This document shows positions 10,049 to 19,421 of a DNA stretch of 64,000 nucleotides, piece by piece. Numbering within the stretch: the first letter of the stretch is position 1; every line of letters begins with the position of its first letter. The notes under the pieces are model-generated. The model had not been told where the DNA came from, searched no databases, and saw only the letters and a program-made list of their open reading frames with translations. Source of the stretch: an uncultured Lachnospiraceae bacterium (GTDB lineage: Bacteria; Bacillota; Clostridia; Oscillospirales; CAG-272); contig CAZERM010000002.1 in the NCBI GenBank assembly GCA_964514555.1, positions 4,761 through 68,760 on the forward strand. The letters run 5' to 3'. The translations under genes and the position numbers were made by a program.

Positions 10049-11131
10049 ATGAAGTACATTGTCGATAAGAACGAGCGTCCTTTTTACTTGCAGATATACA
10101 AGCAAATAAGGGACGATATAATCTCGGGGACATTCCCTTTCAATACAAAATTACCGTCAAAAAGACTGCTCGCCGCAGAGATAGGCGTCAGCACCATCAC
10201 GATAGAACACGCATACGCGCTCCTTTGCGACGAGGGCTATGCAGAGCCGCGCGAACGAAGCGGCTTTTTCGTCATTTTTCGACAAAGCGACGGCTTCGCA
10301 CTTTCGAAAGAGAGCATCTCTTCGCCGCACACCGTGCAATCCGCTTATCCTGATTTTTCAATACCTATATTGAGCAAGACGATGCGAAAAGTGCTTGTCG
10401 ATCACCGCGATATAATACTCGAAAAATCGCCGAACTCGGGATGTATCGAACTTCAAACGGAGATAAAGCGCTATCTTGCACGCAACCGCGGCATAAACGT
10501 CGAAACAGAGCAGATAATCATCGGCTCGGGCGCGGAATATCTTTATGGGCTTATAGTGGATCTGCTCGGCAGGGACAAGATATATGCCGTAGAATCGCCG
10601 TCATACGAAAAAATAGAGCAAATATACCGCACGGCTGAGGTAAAATGCGAGCTTTTGCCGCTTTCAAACGACGGTATAGATTCGGATGCGCTCCTTTCTT
10701 CGACCGCAGACATATTGCACACCACACCATACAGAAGCTTCCCCAGCGGCGTTACCGCTTCCGCTTCCAAGAGGCACGAATATATCCGTTGGGCAAATCG
10801 AGCCGATCGTTTTATAATAGAATCCGACTACGGCTCGGAATTTTCCGTGTCATCGCAACCGATGGAAACACTTTTTGCGCTTTCGAAAAGCGATAATGTC
10901 ATATACCTCAACACATTTTCAAAAACAATATCGCCGTCTATGCGTATAGGCTACATGGTGTTGCCGCGTAAGCTCGTGCCGATGTTTTATGAAAAGCTCG
11001 GCTTTTATTCCTGCACCGTGCCGACGTTCGAGCAGCTCGTGATCTCCGAGCTTTTGCGTAACGGAGATTTCGAGCGGCACATCAACCGAGTAAGGCGAAG
11101 CAAGCGCAAAGAACTTTTCAATAAGCAATAA
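10049..11131 (+). CDS. MocR/GntR-family regulator (wHTH + PLP-dependent aminotransferase-like domain), unusually short
   Basis: 360 aa. N-terminal GntR wHTH (LPSKRLLAAEIGVSTITIEHAY) and an aminotransferase fold with a PLP-lysine motif (NTFSKTISPSMRIGY). Only about 70 aa follow the lysine. Confidence 0.8.
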   Translation: MKYIVDKNERPFYLQIYKQIRDDIISGTFPFNTKLPSKRLLAAEIGVSTITIEHAYALLCDEGYAEPRERSGFFVIFRQSDGFALSKESISSPHTVQSAYPDFSIPILSKTMRKVLVDHRDIILEKSPNSGCIELQTEIKRYLARNRGINVETEQIIIGSGAEYLYGLIVDLLGRDKIYAVESPSYEKIEQIYRTAEVKCELLPLSNDGIDSDALLSSTADILHTTPYRSFPSGVTASASKRHEYIRWANRADRFIIESDYGSEFSVSSQPMETLFALSKSDNVIYLNTFSKTISPSMRIGYMVLPRKLVPMFYEKLGFYSCTVPTFEQLVISELLRNGDFERHINRVRRSKRKELFNKQ

Positions 11132-11138
11132 AATAAGA

Positions 11139-11180
11139 CAAGCAGAGAAGATATACTTTCTCTGCTTGCCTTATTTTTTA
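11139..11180. terminator. Bidirectional terminator between the MocR and EF-G-like genes
   Basis: Stem CAAGCAGAGAA/TTCTCTGCTTG (11139-11168) followed by a T-run and preceded by an A-rich tract. Confidence 0.75.
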
Positions 11181-11208
11181 TAATACCTAGGAGGAGTGGA
11201 TATCGTTT

Positions 11209-13281
11209 TTACTGAGCCGCTTTTTCGTCTGCGATTATCTTCTGTGCGATAGCATCGGGAACTTCTTCGTATCTTTCAAATTCGAAGGAATAATTGCCCT
11301 TGCCCTGTGTGATAGCACGGAGCTGTGTTGCAAAATCGCTTATTTCGCCAAACGGAGCTTCCGCTTCGATAAGCTGTTCGCCTGCTTTATCTGTGTGTTC
11401 CATGCCGAGAACTCTGCCGCGGCGTTTGTTTACCGCACCCATGATATCGCCGAGCATATCGGAGGGAGCATATACCATAAGCTTGCCCACCGGCTCAAGA
11501 ATGATGGGTTTTGCGTTTACAAGACCTGTCTTATAAGCCATGCTTGCGGCTATCTTGAACGCCATTTCGGAGGAGTCTACGGGATGGTAAGAGCCATCGT
11601 AGAGGTCTGCTTTAAGACCGAGCATCGGGAATCCCGCAAGAACACCTTCCTGCATGGATTCGAGCAAGCCTTTTTCAACTGCGGGGTAATAGTTCTTAGG
11701 AACTGCGCCGCCTACTACGGACTGAGTAAACTCAAGACCTTCTTTATCGGGAGCGGCGAATTTGATCTTAACATGACCGTACTGACCATGACCGCCGGAC
11801 TGTTTTTTATATTTTTCTTCTACATCGGCTTTGCCCTTGATGGATTCGCGGTATGCGATCTTCGGTTTTGCAAGTTCTACGGCAACACCGAAACGAGATT
11901 TCAATTTGGATACAGTAACGTCAAAGTGGATATCGCCCTGTGCGGAGAGCAGCTGCTCTTTTGTTTCGGCGTTGTTTTCATATCCGAGAGTCATATCTTC
12001 TTCAAGAAGCTTTGTAATGCCTGCGGCTATCTTGTCTTCGTCGCCCTTTGTTTTGGGTTTGATAGCCATCTGCATATATGATCTCGGGAATTTGATATTT
12101 GTATATTTCGGCATCGCAAACTCTGCGGCGAGCGTGTCGTTCGTGTTCGTGTTTGCAAGTTTCGCTGTCATACCGATATCGCCGGCGCAAAGTGTATCGA
12201 CTTCCGTCTGCTTCTTGCCGCAAAGCGTATAGATATGAGAGAGTTTTTCGTAGCCGCCCGTTGTAAGGTTAGCCAATGTCATATCGCGGCGGAGTTCGCC
12301 TGTCATTACTTTGAAATAGGACATCTTGCCAACAAAGGGGTCGGCAACGGTTTTGAATACAAAGAGGGATGTGTTTCCTGCTTCTTTGATACGGAAATCT
12401 TTTTCTTCGCCGTCGTTCGTCATGATCTTTTCTGCGCGACGGGAGATGGGGCTGGGGAATGTTTCAACGATAGTGTCGAGTAAGAGTCTGATACCCCAAA
12501 GGTTTGTTGCGGAAACGCTGAGTACGGGCGCAACGGCACCGGAGAGGAAGCCTGCCGTAAGAGCAGCTATTATCTCTTCATGAGTGAATTTTTCACCTTC
12601 GAAGAATTTTTCCATAAGCTCATCGCTTGTTTCTGCGAGAGATTCCATGAGCATTGCGCGGTATGTTTCAACTTTGCCGAGGTATTCTTCGGGGATATCC
12701 TGCGTTTCGCGCGTTCCATCAGCTTTATATGTATATTTGCATTCATTTATAAGGTCAAGGATGCCTTCTTTGCCGTCGCCTTCGTTTACGGGGATGAACA
12801 TCGGGCAAGCTGTATGACCGAAAGCATCACGTATCTGTTTAAATACTTTTTCAAATCTTACTTCGGGATCGTCTACCTTATTTATAACGAAGGCACGCGG
12901 AATGTTCGCTTCCGCTGTGTGATCCATGGCAAGCTCCGTGCCTACTTCAACGCCTGCTTTACCGTCTACTACAACGAGTGCGGATGCGGCAACGCGAAGC
13001 GCTTCCTTTACTTCACCTGTGAAATCGAAATATCCGGGTGTGTCCAAAAGGTTTATCTTTGTTTCTTTCCACATCATGCTTGCAACTGACATGGAAACCG
13101 AGAAGCCTCTCTTTATGGATTCTGTATCGTAATCAAGAACAGTGTTGCCGTCCTCAACAGCGCCGAGTCTGTCTGTTTCTTTTGATATATAAAGCATTGC
13201 TTCTGCAACACTTGTTTTACCTGCTGCGGAATGTCCGAGCAGGACTACGTTTCTTATATCTTTTGCGGGAATTTTAGCCAT
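11209..13281 (-). CDS. Elongation factor G family GTPase (EF-G paralog)
   Basis: 690 aa with G motifs GHSAAGKT, DTPG and NKVD, plus EF-G domains II-V in length and motifs. Confidence 0.9.
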   Translation of the reverse strand: MAKIPAKDIRNVVLLGHSAAGKTSVAEAMLYISKETDRLGAVEDGNTVLDYDTESIKRGFSVSMSVASMMWKETKINLLDTPGYFDFTGEVKEALRVAASALVVVDGKAGVEVGTELAMDHTAEANIPRAFVINKVDDPEVRFEKVFKQIRDAFGHTACPMFIPVNEGDGKEGILDLINECKYTYKADGTRETQDIPEEYLGKVETYRAMLMESLAETSDELMEKFFEGEKFTHEEIIAALTAGFLSGAVAPVLSVSATNLWGIRLLLDTIVETFPSPISRRAEKIMTNDGEEKDFRIKEAGNTSLFVFKTVADPFVGKMSYFKVMTGELRRDMTLANLTTGGYEKLSHIYTLCGKKQTEVDTLCAGDIGMTAKLANTNTNDTLAAEFAMPKYTNIKFPRSYMQMAIKPKTKGDEDKIAAGITKLLEEDMTLGYENNAETKEQLLSAQGDIHFDVTVSKLKSRFGVAVELAKPKIAYRESIKGKADVEEKYKKQSGGHGQYGHVKIKFAAPDKEGLEFTQSVVGGAVPKNYYPAVEKGLLESMQEGVLAGFPMLGLKADLYDGSYHPVDSSEMAFKIAASMAYKTGLVNAKPIILEPVGKLMVYAPSDMLGDIMGAVNKRRGRVLGMEHTDKAGEQLIEAEAPFGEISDFATQLRAITQGKGNYSFEFERYEEVPDAIAQKIIADEKAAQ

Positions 13282-13339
13282 AATTTTAAAGCTCCTTATC
13301 TGAGAAATACAAACCGATGCGAAATCGGCTTTGATAATA

Positions 13340-13368
13340 ATTATATATTAAAAATTTCCATTTGGCAA
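13340..13368 (-). promoter_or_regulatory. Predicted promoter of the EF-G-like gene (TTGCCA-N17-TATAAT)
   Basis: On the minus strand, the -35 is at 13368-13363 and the -10 at 13345-13340. The short leader has a hairpin at about 13311-13332. Confidence 0.45.
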
Positions 13369-13484
13369 GAAAAATATTGTATATTTTTTTCAAGAGGCAT
13401 AGAAAATATATCGCTATGTTTGTGTAAAGTTCACATATTTTTGTTTTGCTGACGTTTTGAAAGCGAAAAAGCGCAAAAAATGTA

Positions 13485-13513
13485 TTGACAACAAACCTTC
13501 GGGAAAGTATAAT
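13485..13513 (+). promoter_or_regulatory. Predicted promoter (TTGACA-N17-TATAAT) of the DUF1858 gene
   Basis: Consensus hexamers at 13485-13490 and 13508-13513. Confidence 0.55.
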
Positions 13514-13552
13514 TGTAATTGTATATTTATAATTTCTCGGAGGATTTTTAGA

Positions 13553-13750
13553 ATGCAGGTAACAAAAGAATCTATCATCGGCGATGTTCTTGACATGGCT
13601 CCCGATACGGCAGCATTTTTCTTTGAAATCGGTATGCACTGCCTCGGTTGCCCTTCCGCTCGCGGCGAAAGCATCGAAATGGCTTGCGCTGTTCACGGCA
13701 CAGACGCAGATGAACTCGTTGCAAAGATCAACGCTTTTCTTGCAAAATAA
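13553..13750 (+). CDS. DUF1858 / hybrid-cluster-protein-associated redox disulfide protein
   Basis: 65 aa counted from the internal ATG at 13553, which is preceded by GGAGG. CxxC motif (GMHCLGCPSARGESIEMAC). Confidence 0.75.
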   Translation: MQVTKESIIGDVLDMAPDTAAFFFEIGMHCLGCPSARGESIEMACAVHGTDADELVAKINAFLAK

Positions 13751-13810
13751 GCAAACAACATTTTGAGTATCGTTCTTTGAGAACTCGACTAAATCCCCCT
13801 TTTTTCGCTT

Positions 13811-14533
13811 TTGCGGAGAGAGAGGGATTTCTTTGAAAGGAAATTTAAATTGGATATAACGAACAGATTGCTTGCCGTTGCCTCCTTTGTGCGAAACGGC
13901 TCATATTTTATAGATGTAGGCACAGACCACGCATATTTGCCCATATATTTGGCGCAAAACGAAAAGATCGAGCGTGCGCTTGCCTCCGACATAAACGAAG
14001 GTCCCTGCGAAAGCGCCGAAAAGCATATCGCCGAATGCGGACTTTCGGAAAAGATATCCGTCCGCAAAGCAAACGGTCTTTGCGGCATATCCTCGAGCGG
14101 TCAGACTGATATCGCCATCGCAGGTATGGGCGGCGCGCTCATCGCGGAGATACTCTCCAAAGCGGACTTTATAAAGGACGAAAACGTGCGCCTCATCCTT
14201 CAGCCGATGCGTAACGCGCCCGACCTTAGAAGATACCTTTGCGAAAACGGTTTTCGCATCATCGGCGAAGCTCTCGCGCGCGAAGACGAGCGCATATACG
14301 AGATAATCTGCGCGCAATATTGCGGCTCTGCCGTTACATATACCGAGCTTTCGCTCTTGCTCGGTGAAAAGAATATCGAAAACAAAAAAGAGGACCCTGC
14401 GCTCTTCAATGCATTTTGCGAAAAGAACGCGGCAGCTCTTACAAAAAAAATCAACGGTATGCAGGCAGGCGGCGCAGACGCTTCCGCAGAAAAAGCGCTG
14501 CTTTCTCTGGTACTGAACGAAAAGGAAGTGTGA
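13811..14533 (+). CDS. trmK: tRNA (adenine22-N1)-methyltransferase TrmK
   Basis: N-terminus KLDITNRLLAVASFV...DVGTDHAYLPIYL matches the TrmK family. The true start may be the TTG at 13850, which has AAAGGA upstream. Confidence 0.85.
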   Translation: MRRERDFFERKFKLDITNRLLAVASFVRNGSYFIDVGTDHAYLPIYLAQNEKIERALASDINEGPCESAEKHIAECGLSEKISVRKANGLCGISSSGQTDIAIAGMGGALIAEILSKADFIKDENVRLILQPMRNAPDLRRYLCENGFRIIGEALAREDERIYEIICAQYCGSAVTYTELSLLLGEKNIENKKEDPALFNAFCEKNAAALTKKINGMQAGGADASAEKALLSLVLNEKEV

Positions 14534-14536
14534 AAT

Positions 14537-15313
14537 ATGACGACTGTAAAAGAATTGTATGGTTACTTGGATGAAATTATTCCGCGCTCGCTTTCCTGCG
14601 ATTGGGACAACGACGGACTCATGGTCTGCACGGACACATTTGCAAGAGCCGAAAAAGTGCTTTTGGCGCTCGATGTTACGGATGCCGTTGCGGAATATGC
14701 CGTTGCAAACGGTTTTGACATAATCGTAACGCACCACCCCATGATATTTAAGCCCCTTCGTGCTCTTACAACGGAGGATTCCATCGCTCGCAGGGCGATA
14801 TATCTTGCAAAGCATGATATCACCGTCATGAGCTTCCACACGAGGCTCGATATGCGTACGGGCGGCGTAAACGATGTGCTCGCAAAGAGGCTCGGCATCA
14901 TCAGTGCCATTCCCTTTGGACCCGAGGGCGAAAAGATGGGCAGATACGGTGTGCTTGCAAAACCGATGGATTTTCGTATGTTCTGCGGAACTGTTTGCGA
15001 AGCCCTCGGTGTTGACGCCGTAACAGCGATAGGCGACAAAAAAGAAGTTCAAAAGATCGCAGTTCTCGGCGGCAGCGGAAAAGATTTTGTGGATTCCGCA
15101 ATAGAAGTCGGCGCGGATGTGTTCGTTACCGGCGAGATAACATATAATGTTATGCTGGAAGCAAAAGCTCGCGGTCTTTGCGTTATAGCGGCAGGTCATT
15201 ATCACACGGAACAGCCCGTTCTCGATATTCTCGGCGGCGCTATCCACGAAAGATTCCGCGAACTTAAGATTGAAAAATATCCAAAAGATACGGAGGTTTT
15301 TATTGTTAAATAA
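14537..15313 (+). CDS. Nif3-like dinuclear metal centre protein (YqfO/GTP cyclohydrolase 1 type 2 homolog)
   Basis: 258 aa. NIF3 motifs (IIVTHHPMIF, AAGHYHTE) and the conserved trmK-nif3 gene pairing. Confidence 0.9.
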   Translation: MTTVKELYGYLDEIIPRSLSCDWDNDGLMVCTDTFARAEKVLLALDVTDAVAEYAVANGFDIIVTHHPMIFKPLRALTTEDSIARRAIYLAKHDITVMSFHTRLDMRTGGVNDVLAKRLGIISAIPFGPEGEKMGRYGVLAKPMDFRMFCGTVCEALGVDAVTAIGDKKEVQKIAVLGGSGKDFVDSAIEVGADVFVTGEITYNVMLEAKARGLCVIAAGHYHTEQPVLDILGGAIHERFRELKIEKYPKDTEVFIVK

Positions 15314-15316
15314 AAA

Positions 15317-16858
15317 ATGAAAAAGTTTTTAAACAAGATCCTTACACGAAAAGTAATAACCGGTGCGCTCATCTTCTTTCAGATAGTCTGGTGGGTATTG
15401 CTCCTTTTCAGGGTATCAGGCTTCTTCCCACACATAAACGCTGTCTGCAGCATTATCGGTGTAATACTCGCAGTATACATCATCAGCCGTGATAACAACC
15501 CCTCATATAAGCTGGCTTGGATATTGCCGATAATGATATTCCCGCTGTTCGGCACGCTCATCTATCTGCTTTACAGCAACAAACGCCCGAGCAGATACTT
15601 GAGAAAAAAATTCAATGAATCAAAGAACGCACTCGACGACACCGTCGGCAAAAGCGAGCTTTATCAGGACGAAAACGTCATCTTGGAAATGAACAGCTAC
15701 AATACGTCGATCTCAAGATACCTCAATCATGTCGGCTACCCCGTATACGACGAAACGCAAACGGAATATTTCAAAAGCGGCGAAGAACTTTTCCCTCATC
15801 TTCTCGAGGAGCTGTCCAAAGCGGAGCGCTTTATATTCGTAGAGTATTTTATCATCCAGGAGGGCAAAGTTTGGAACTCCATGTTGGATATACTCGCGAA
15901 AAAAGCAAAAGAGGGCGTTGACGTTCGCGTTATATACGATGATGTCGGCTCCGTCAGCAAGATACCCACGGGATATAACAAAAAGCTTGAATCCTTGGGC
16001 ATAAAGACAGCTGTTTTCAATCCGTTCATTCCCTTTATCAGCGTTGTCATGAACAACCGCGACCACAGAAAGATACTCGTCATTGACGGCAACACGGCTT
16101 TCACGGGCGGCATAAACCTCGCCGATGAATATATGAACATCACTCATCCCTACGGCTATTGGAAAGATACCGCTGTTATGATGCGCGGCAAAGCGGTCTG
16201 GAGCTTTACTTATATGTTCCTGCATATGTGGAACGCGATAAACGGCACGGCAAACGCAGACACAGACTTCAACAAATATCGCCCCGAAACATTCAGCACA
16301 CCGAAATTCAACGTGGGCGGCTTCGTTCAGCCTTTTTGCGACAGTCCGCTCGATGATGAATCCGTTTCGCAGAATGTATATATCAATATGCTACATTCTG
16401 CGAAAAAGTATGTTTACATCTGCACGCCATACCTCGTTATCGATGATGAGATGAAAAATGCGCTCACATTTGCGGCAAAGCGCGGTGTCGATGTCCGCAT
16501 CATCACCCCAGGCATACCCGACAAAAAAATAGTTTATCGTTTGACAAGATCGTATTATCCGGGACTGCTCGCAAGCGGTGTCAAGATATATGAATATTCC
16601 CCCGGTTTCGTTCACGCAAAATCTTTTGTTTGCGACGATGAAACGGCGATGGTCGGCACGATAAACCTCGACTTCAGAAGTTTGTATCTCCATTTCGAAT
16701 GTGGCGTGCTTTTGACGGGTACAAATTCCGTTTTCAGCATTCGCGACGATATGGAGGCTATGTTTAATATTTGCGAGGAGATCAAAAAACCGAAAAAACG
16801 CAGTTTTCTCGGCAAAGTGTTCGATTCTATCCTTCGCACGTTTGCACCCTTGGTTTAA
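15317..16858 (+). CDS. cls: Cardiolipin synthase
   Basis: 513 aa with N-terminal TM helices and two HKD motifs (HRKILVIDG, HAKSFVCDD). Confidence 0.92.
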   Translation: MKKFLNKILTRKVITGALIFFQIVWWVLLLFRVSGFFPHINAVCSIIGVILAVYIISRDNNPSYKLAWILPIMIFPLFGTLIYLLYSNKRPSRYLRKKFNESKNALDDTVGKSELYQDENVILEMNSYNTSISRYLNHVGYPVYDETQTEYFKSGEELFPHLLEELSKAERFIFVEYFIIQEGKVWNSMLDILAKKAKEGVDVRVIYDDVGSVSKIPTGYNKKLESLGIKTAVFNPFIPFISVVMNNRDHRKILVIDGNTAFTGGINLADEYMNITHPYGYWKDTAVMMRGKAVWSFTYMFLHMWNAINGTANADTDFNKYRPETFSTPKFNVGGFVQPFCDSPLDDESVSQNVYINMLHSAKKYVYICTPYLVIDDEMKNALTFAAKRGVDVRIITPGIPDKKIVYRLTRSYYPGLLASGVKIYEYSPGFVHAKSFVCDDETAMVGTINLDFRSLYLHFECGVLLTGTNSVFSIRDDMEAMFNICEEIKKPKKRSFLGKVFDSILRTFAPLV

Positions 16859-16877
16859 AAATATTTTTTATTGATAA

Positions 16878-16908
16878 AAAGACCTGCTGTAAATCAGGTC
16901 TTTTTATT
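16878..16908 (+). terminator. Rho-independent terminator of cls
   Basis: Stem AGACCTG/CAGGTCT followed by TTTTTATTT. Confidence 0.8.
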
Positions 16909-16911
16909 TGC

Positions 16912-16939
16912 AAAATAAAAGGGCGACCAAAGGTCGCCC
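16912..16939 (-). terminator. GGGCGACC-N3-GGTCGCCC hairpin acting as likely terminator of the his operon
   Basis: Perfect 8-bp GC-rich stem (16921-16939) followed on the minus strand by TTTTATTTT. It is the same hairpin module that opens the 243-bp repeats. Confidence 0.65.
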
Positions 16940-17015
16940 CTACGTTTTATTCATGAATTTTGGCAAAATTCATACTTTCCACTCTACAACCGATGCAAAA
17001 CGATCTTTTTGCGTA

Positions 17016-17840
17016 TTATATCTCTATGGGAACGAATTTGCCACCCTTGAGCATATATGCGTGGTCAAAGCCGCAATCTTTTGCAAGCTTTACTGCCTCG
17101 TCAAAGGCAAAGCCGAGGTGTTCCGCTTTATGCGCGTCGCTTGAGAATGTTATCTTGCCGCCCATCTCATAGAGGGAGGAGAGCAAAAGTTCGGAGGGAT
17201 ACGGTTTTGTGCGGTATCCTCTGGAGATAGCGCCCGTATTTATCTCAAATATCTTTCCTGCGGCGGAAAGGCGCTCGAGCGCAACGAGCGCAGGCATAAC
17301 ATAGCGCGGATGTGTTTCGCTGAAATACTTTTCTCCCTCGTTAAATTTGGAAACGAGGTCTATATGCGCCACGATGTCAACTTCTTCGATATCGGCAAGT
17401 TTTGCAACGGTATTGAAATATTTTTTGCAATATGCGTAAGGGTCGCCGCGAAAATATTTCTCTATCGTTTCGTTTGTCATCTCCTCGGAGCAATCGACAG
17501 CGCGTTTTTCAACGCCCGTGTCCACGTAATGGCACGCACCTATAACATAATCATATCTTTCGAGTTTTTCCACAGCGATGTTGGAAAATATATCGAATTC
17601 TGTGCCTGTGTATATTTCGAGCCTGTCGGCATATTTTTCTTTTACCTCGGCGGCGCTTGCGATATATTTTTCCGCATCATCTTTTTTCATGCAGAAAGAA
17701 TCATCGAAATCCGTAAAGCTATGCTCGGAAAAGCCGATGGAGGTGTAGCCCTGTTTTACGGCTTCTTCCGCGTACTGCTCCAATGTAGATCTGCCGTCGC
17801 TGAATAAAGAGTGCATATGAAGGTTCGATTTAAAACTCAT
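17016..17840 (-). CDS. hisK: Histidinol-phosphatase, PHP/HisJ family
   Basis: 274 aa with PHP-domain metal motifs ([16 protein letters not shown]). It is the last gene of the his operon. Confidence 0.88.
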   Translation of the reverse strand: MSFKSNLHMHSLFSDGRSTLEQYAEEAVKQGYTSIGFSEHSFTDFDDSFCMKKDDAEKYIASAAEVKEKYADRLEIYTGTEFDIFSNIAVEKLERYDYVIGACHYVDTGVEKRAVDCSEEMTNETIEKYFRGDPYAYCKKYFNTVAKLADIEEVDIVAHIDLVSKFNEGEKYFSETHPRYVMPALVALERLSAAGKIFEINTGAISRGYRTKPYPSELLLSSLYEMGGKITFSSDAHKAEHLGFAFDEAVKLAKDCGFDHAYMLKGGKFVPIEI

Positions 17841-18487
17841 TTTGTCATTTTCTCCTGTTTTACTTTGTGATCTATAACGTGGCGAGAAGCAAGCTCATCT
17901 ATGATATCCTTGGACGAGATGCCCATCTCTATCATAAGCACCATTACATGGTACATAAGGTCGGAAATTTCGTATATAGTTTCCTTTTTGTCGTTGCCCT
18001 TACCTGCAACGATGACCTCTGTCGATTCTTCGCCTACTTTTTTAAGTATCTTATCTATACCCTTTTCAAAAAGGTATGTTGTATAAGAGCCTTCCTTGGG
18101 GTCTGTCTTTCTGCCCTCGATAAGTTTGATAAGTCCCTCTGTTGTGAAATCGTTAAAGCCCTCTGCTTTATATATCTCATCATTAAAGCAAGATTCCGTG
18201 CCGAGGTGGCAAGCGGGACCTTCTTTTTTAACAATAACGACGAGTGCGTCGCCATCGCAATCGGCTTTTATCTCCATAACGTGCTGGATATTTCCGCTTT
18301 CCTCGCCTTTTCTCCAAAGTTTTTTGCGAGAGCGAGACCAGAAGCAAGTTCTGCCCTCTTTCATAGTGATCTCAAGGCTTTCTTTATTCATATATGCGAG
18401 TGTGAGGACTTCGCGTGTATAGAAATCCTCAACGATCGCCGGAATAAGACCGTTTTCGTCAAATTTGAGCTTAGATATGTCTAACAT
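17837..18487 (-). CDS. hisIE: Bifunctional phosphoribosyl-AMP cyclohydrolase / phosphoribosyl-ATP pyrophosphatase
   Basis: 216 aa with HisI motifs ([23 protein letters not shown]) and a C-terminal HisE region. Confidence 0.95.
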   Translation of the reverse strand: MLDISKLKFDENGLIPAIVEDFYTREVLTLAYMNKESLEITMKEGRTCFWSRSRKKLWRKGEESGNIQHVMEIKADCDGDALVVIVKKEGPACHLGTESCFNDEIYKAEGFNDFTTEGLIKLIEGRKTDPKEGSYTTYLFEKGIDKILKKVGEESTEVIVAGKGNDKKETIYEISDLMYHVMVLMIEMGISSKDIIDELASRHVIDHKVKQEKMTK

Positions 18488-18495
18488 AATATCCT

Positions 18496-18521
18496 CCTAC
18501 TTTTCTTGAAAGAAAAGTAGG
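18496..18521 (-). repeat. AT-rich perfect hairpin (CCTACTTTTCTT/AAGAAAAGTAGG) abutting the hisIE Shine-Dalgarno
   Basis: 12-nt arms. The 3' arm on the mRNA runs into GGAGG (SD is the reverse complement of 18493-18498). It resembles the terminal hairpin of the 243-bp repeats. Confidence 0.6.
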
Positions 18522-18662
18522 CAAAAGAACTTCACTCAAAAACAAGCTTCTATCCCACATTCCATTCAAGAATTTGATTTTATCTCTTTACATAAGTTTT
18601 TCATCTTGAAAGAAATGCGAGATATTAAATTCCCATTTCATCAAGAAATCTTTAAATAAGTT

Positions 18663-19421
18663 TTATATTCTTACGTTTATTCCCTCGGCGGCGAGTGTCT
18701 TTTTGAGATCGGATATCTCCACTTCGCCGAAATGGAATATAGATGCGGCAAGTCCTGCGGAGATCGTCGGAACTTTTCTGAACAATTCCGTGAAATCCTC
18801 TTTTTTGCCTGCGCCGCCCGAAGCGATGACAGGCACCTTTACAACATCGCATACGGCACTCAACATATCGATATCAAACCCGTTTTTAACGCCGTCCGTA
18901 TCGATGCTGTTTACAACTATCTCGCCTGCGCCGCGCGATACCGCGGAGCGTATCCATTCGATAGCATCTATGCCCGTATTTTCTCTGCCGCCGCGCGCGA
19001 ATACGGTATATTTTCCGTCTACAAGGGAGATATCCGCCGAAAGTACGACACACTGGCTGCCGTATCTCTTTGCCGCCTCCTCGATGATATCGGGGTTGCG
19101 GATGGCGCCCGAGTTCACGCTTACTTTATCCGCGCCGCTCGAAAGCACTCTTTCAAAATCCGCTATGGTATTTATGCCGCCGCCGACAGTGAGCGGAATA
19201 AACACCTTTTTAGCCGTTTCACGGAGTATATCGGTAAATATACCTCTGCCCTCTGCGGATGCTGTTATATCGTAAAAAACAAGCTCGTCTGCGCCGCAAT
19301 TGCTGTAATGCTCCGCAAGTGTTACGGGCGAAGAAACGTCCGAAAGTCCCTGAAATTTAACACCCTTTACAACTCTGCCGTCCTTTACGTCAAGGCACGG
19401 TATTATTCTTTTTGTTATCAT
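18663..19421 (-). CDS. hisF: Imidazole glycerol phosphate synthase, cyclase subunit
   Basis: Starts MITKRIIPCLDVKDGRVVKG at the ATG at 19421, which overlaps the hisA stop as ATGA. Confidence 0.96.
   Translation of the reverse strand: MITKRIIPCLDVKDGRVVKGVKFQGLSDVSSPVTLAEHYSNCGADELVFYDITASAEGRGIFTDILRETAKKVFIPLTVGGGINTIADFERVLSSGADKVSVNSGAIRNPDIIEEAAKRYGSQCVVLSADISLVDGKYTVFARGGRENTGIDAIEWIRSAVSRGAGEIVVNSIDTDGVKNGFDIDMLSAVCDVVKVPVIASGGAGKKEDFTELFRKVPTISAGLAASIFHFGEVEISDLKKTLAAEGINVRI

Noticed and set aside
13286-13696. 136-aa minus-strand ORF (and 13414-13674, 86 aa) in the EF-G / DUF1858 intergenic region.
   Set aside because: It spans two divergent promoters and overlaps the well-supported DUF1858 gene in antisense. 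The sequence is AT-rich and low-complexity with no SD.
13901-15247. 448-aa minus-strand ORF overlapping trmK and nif3. Similar cases: 22399-23691 (+) over hisD, 30202-31284 (+) over htrA, 32803-33645 (-) over yicC, and 58603-60216 (+) over rny.
   Set aside because: Each is antisense to a gene with unambiguous family signatures. They have no SD or start support and biased, unrecognisable sequence, so they are spurious.
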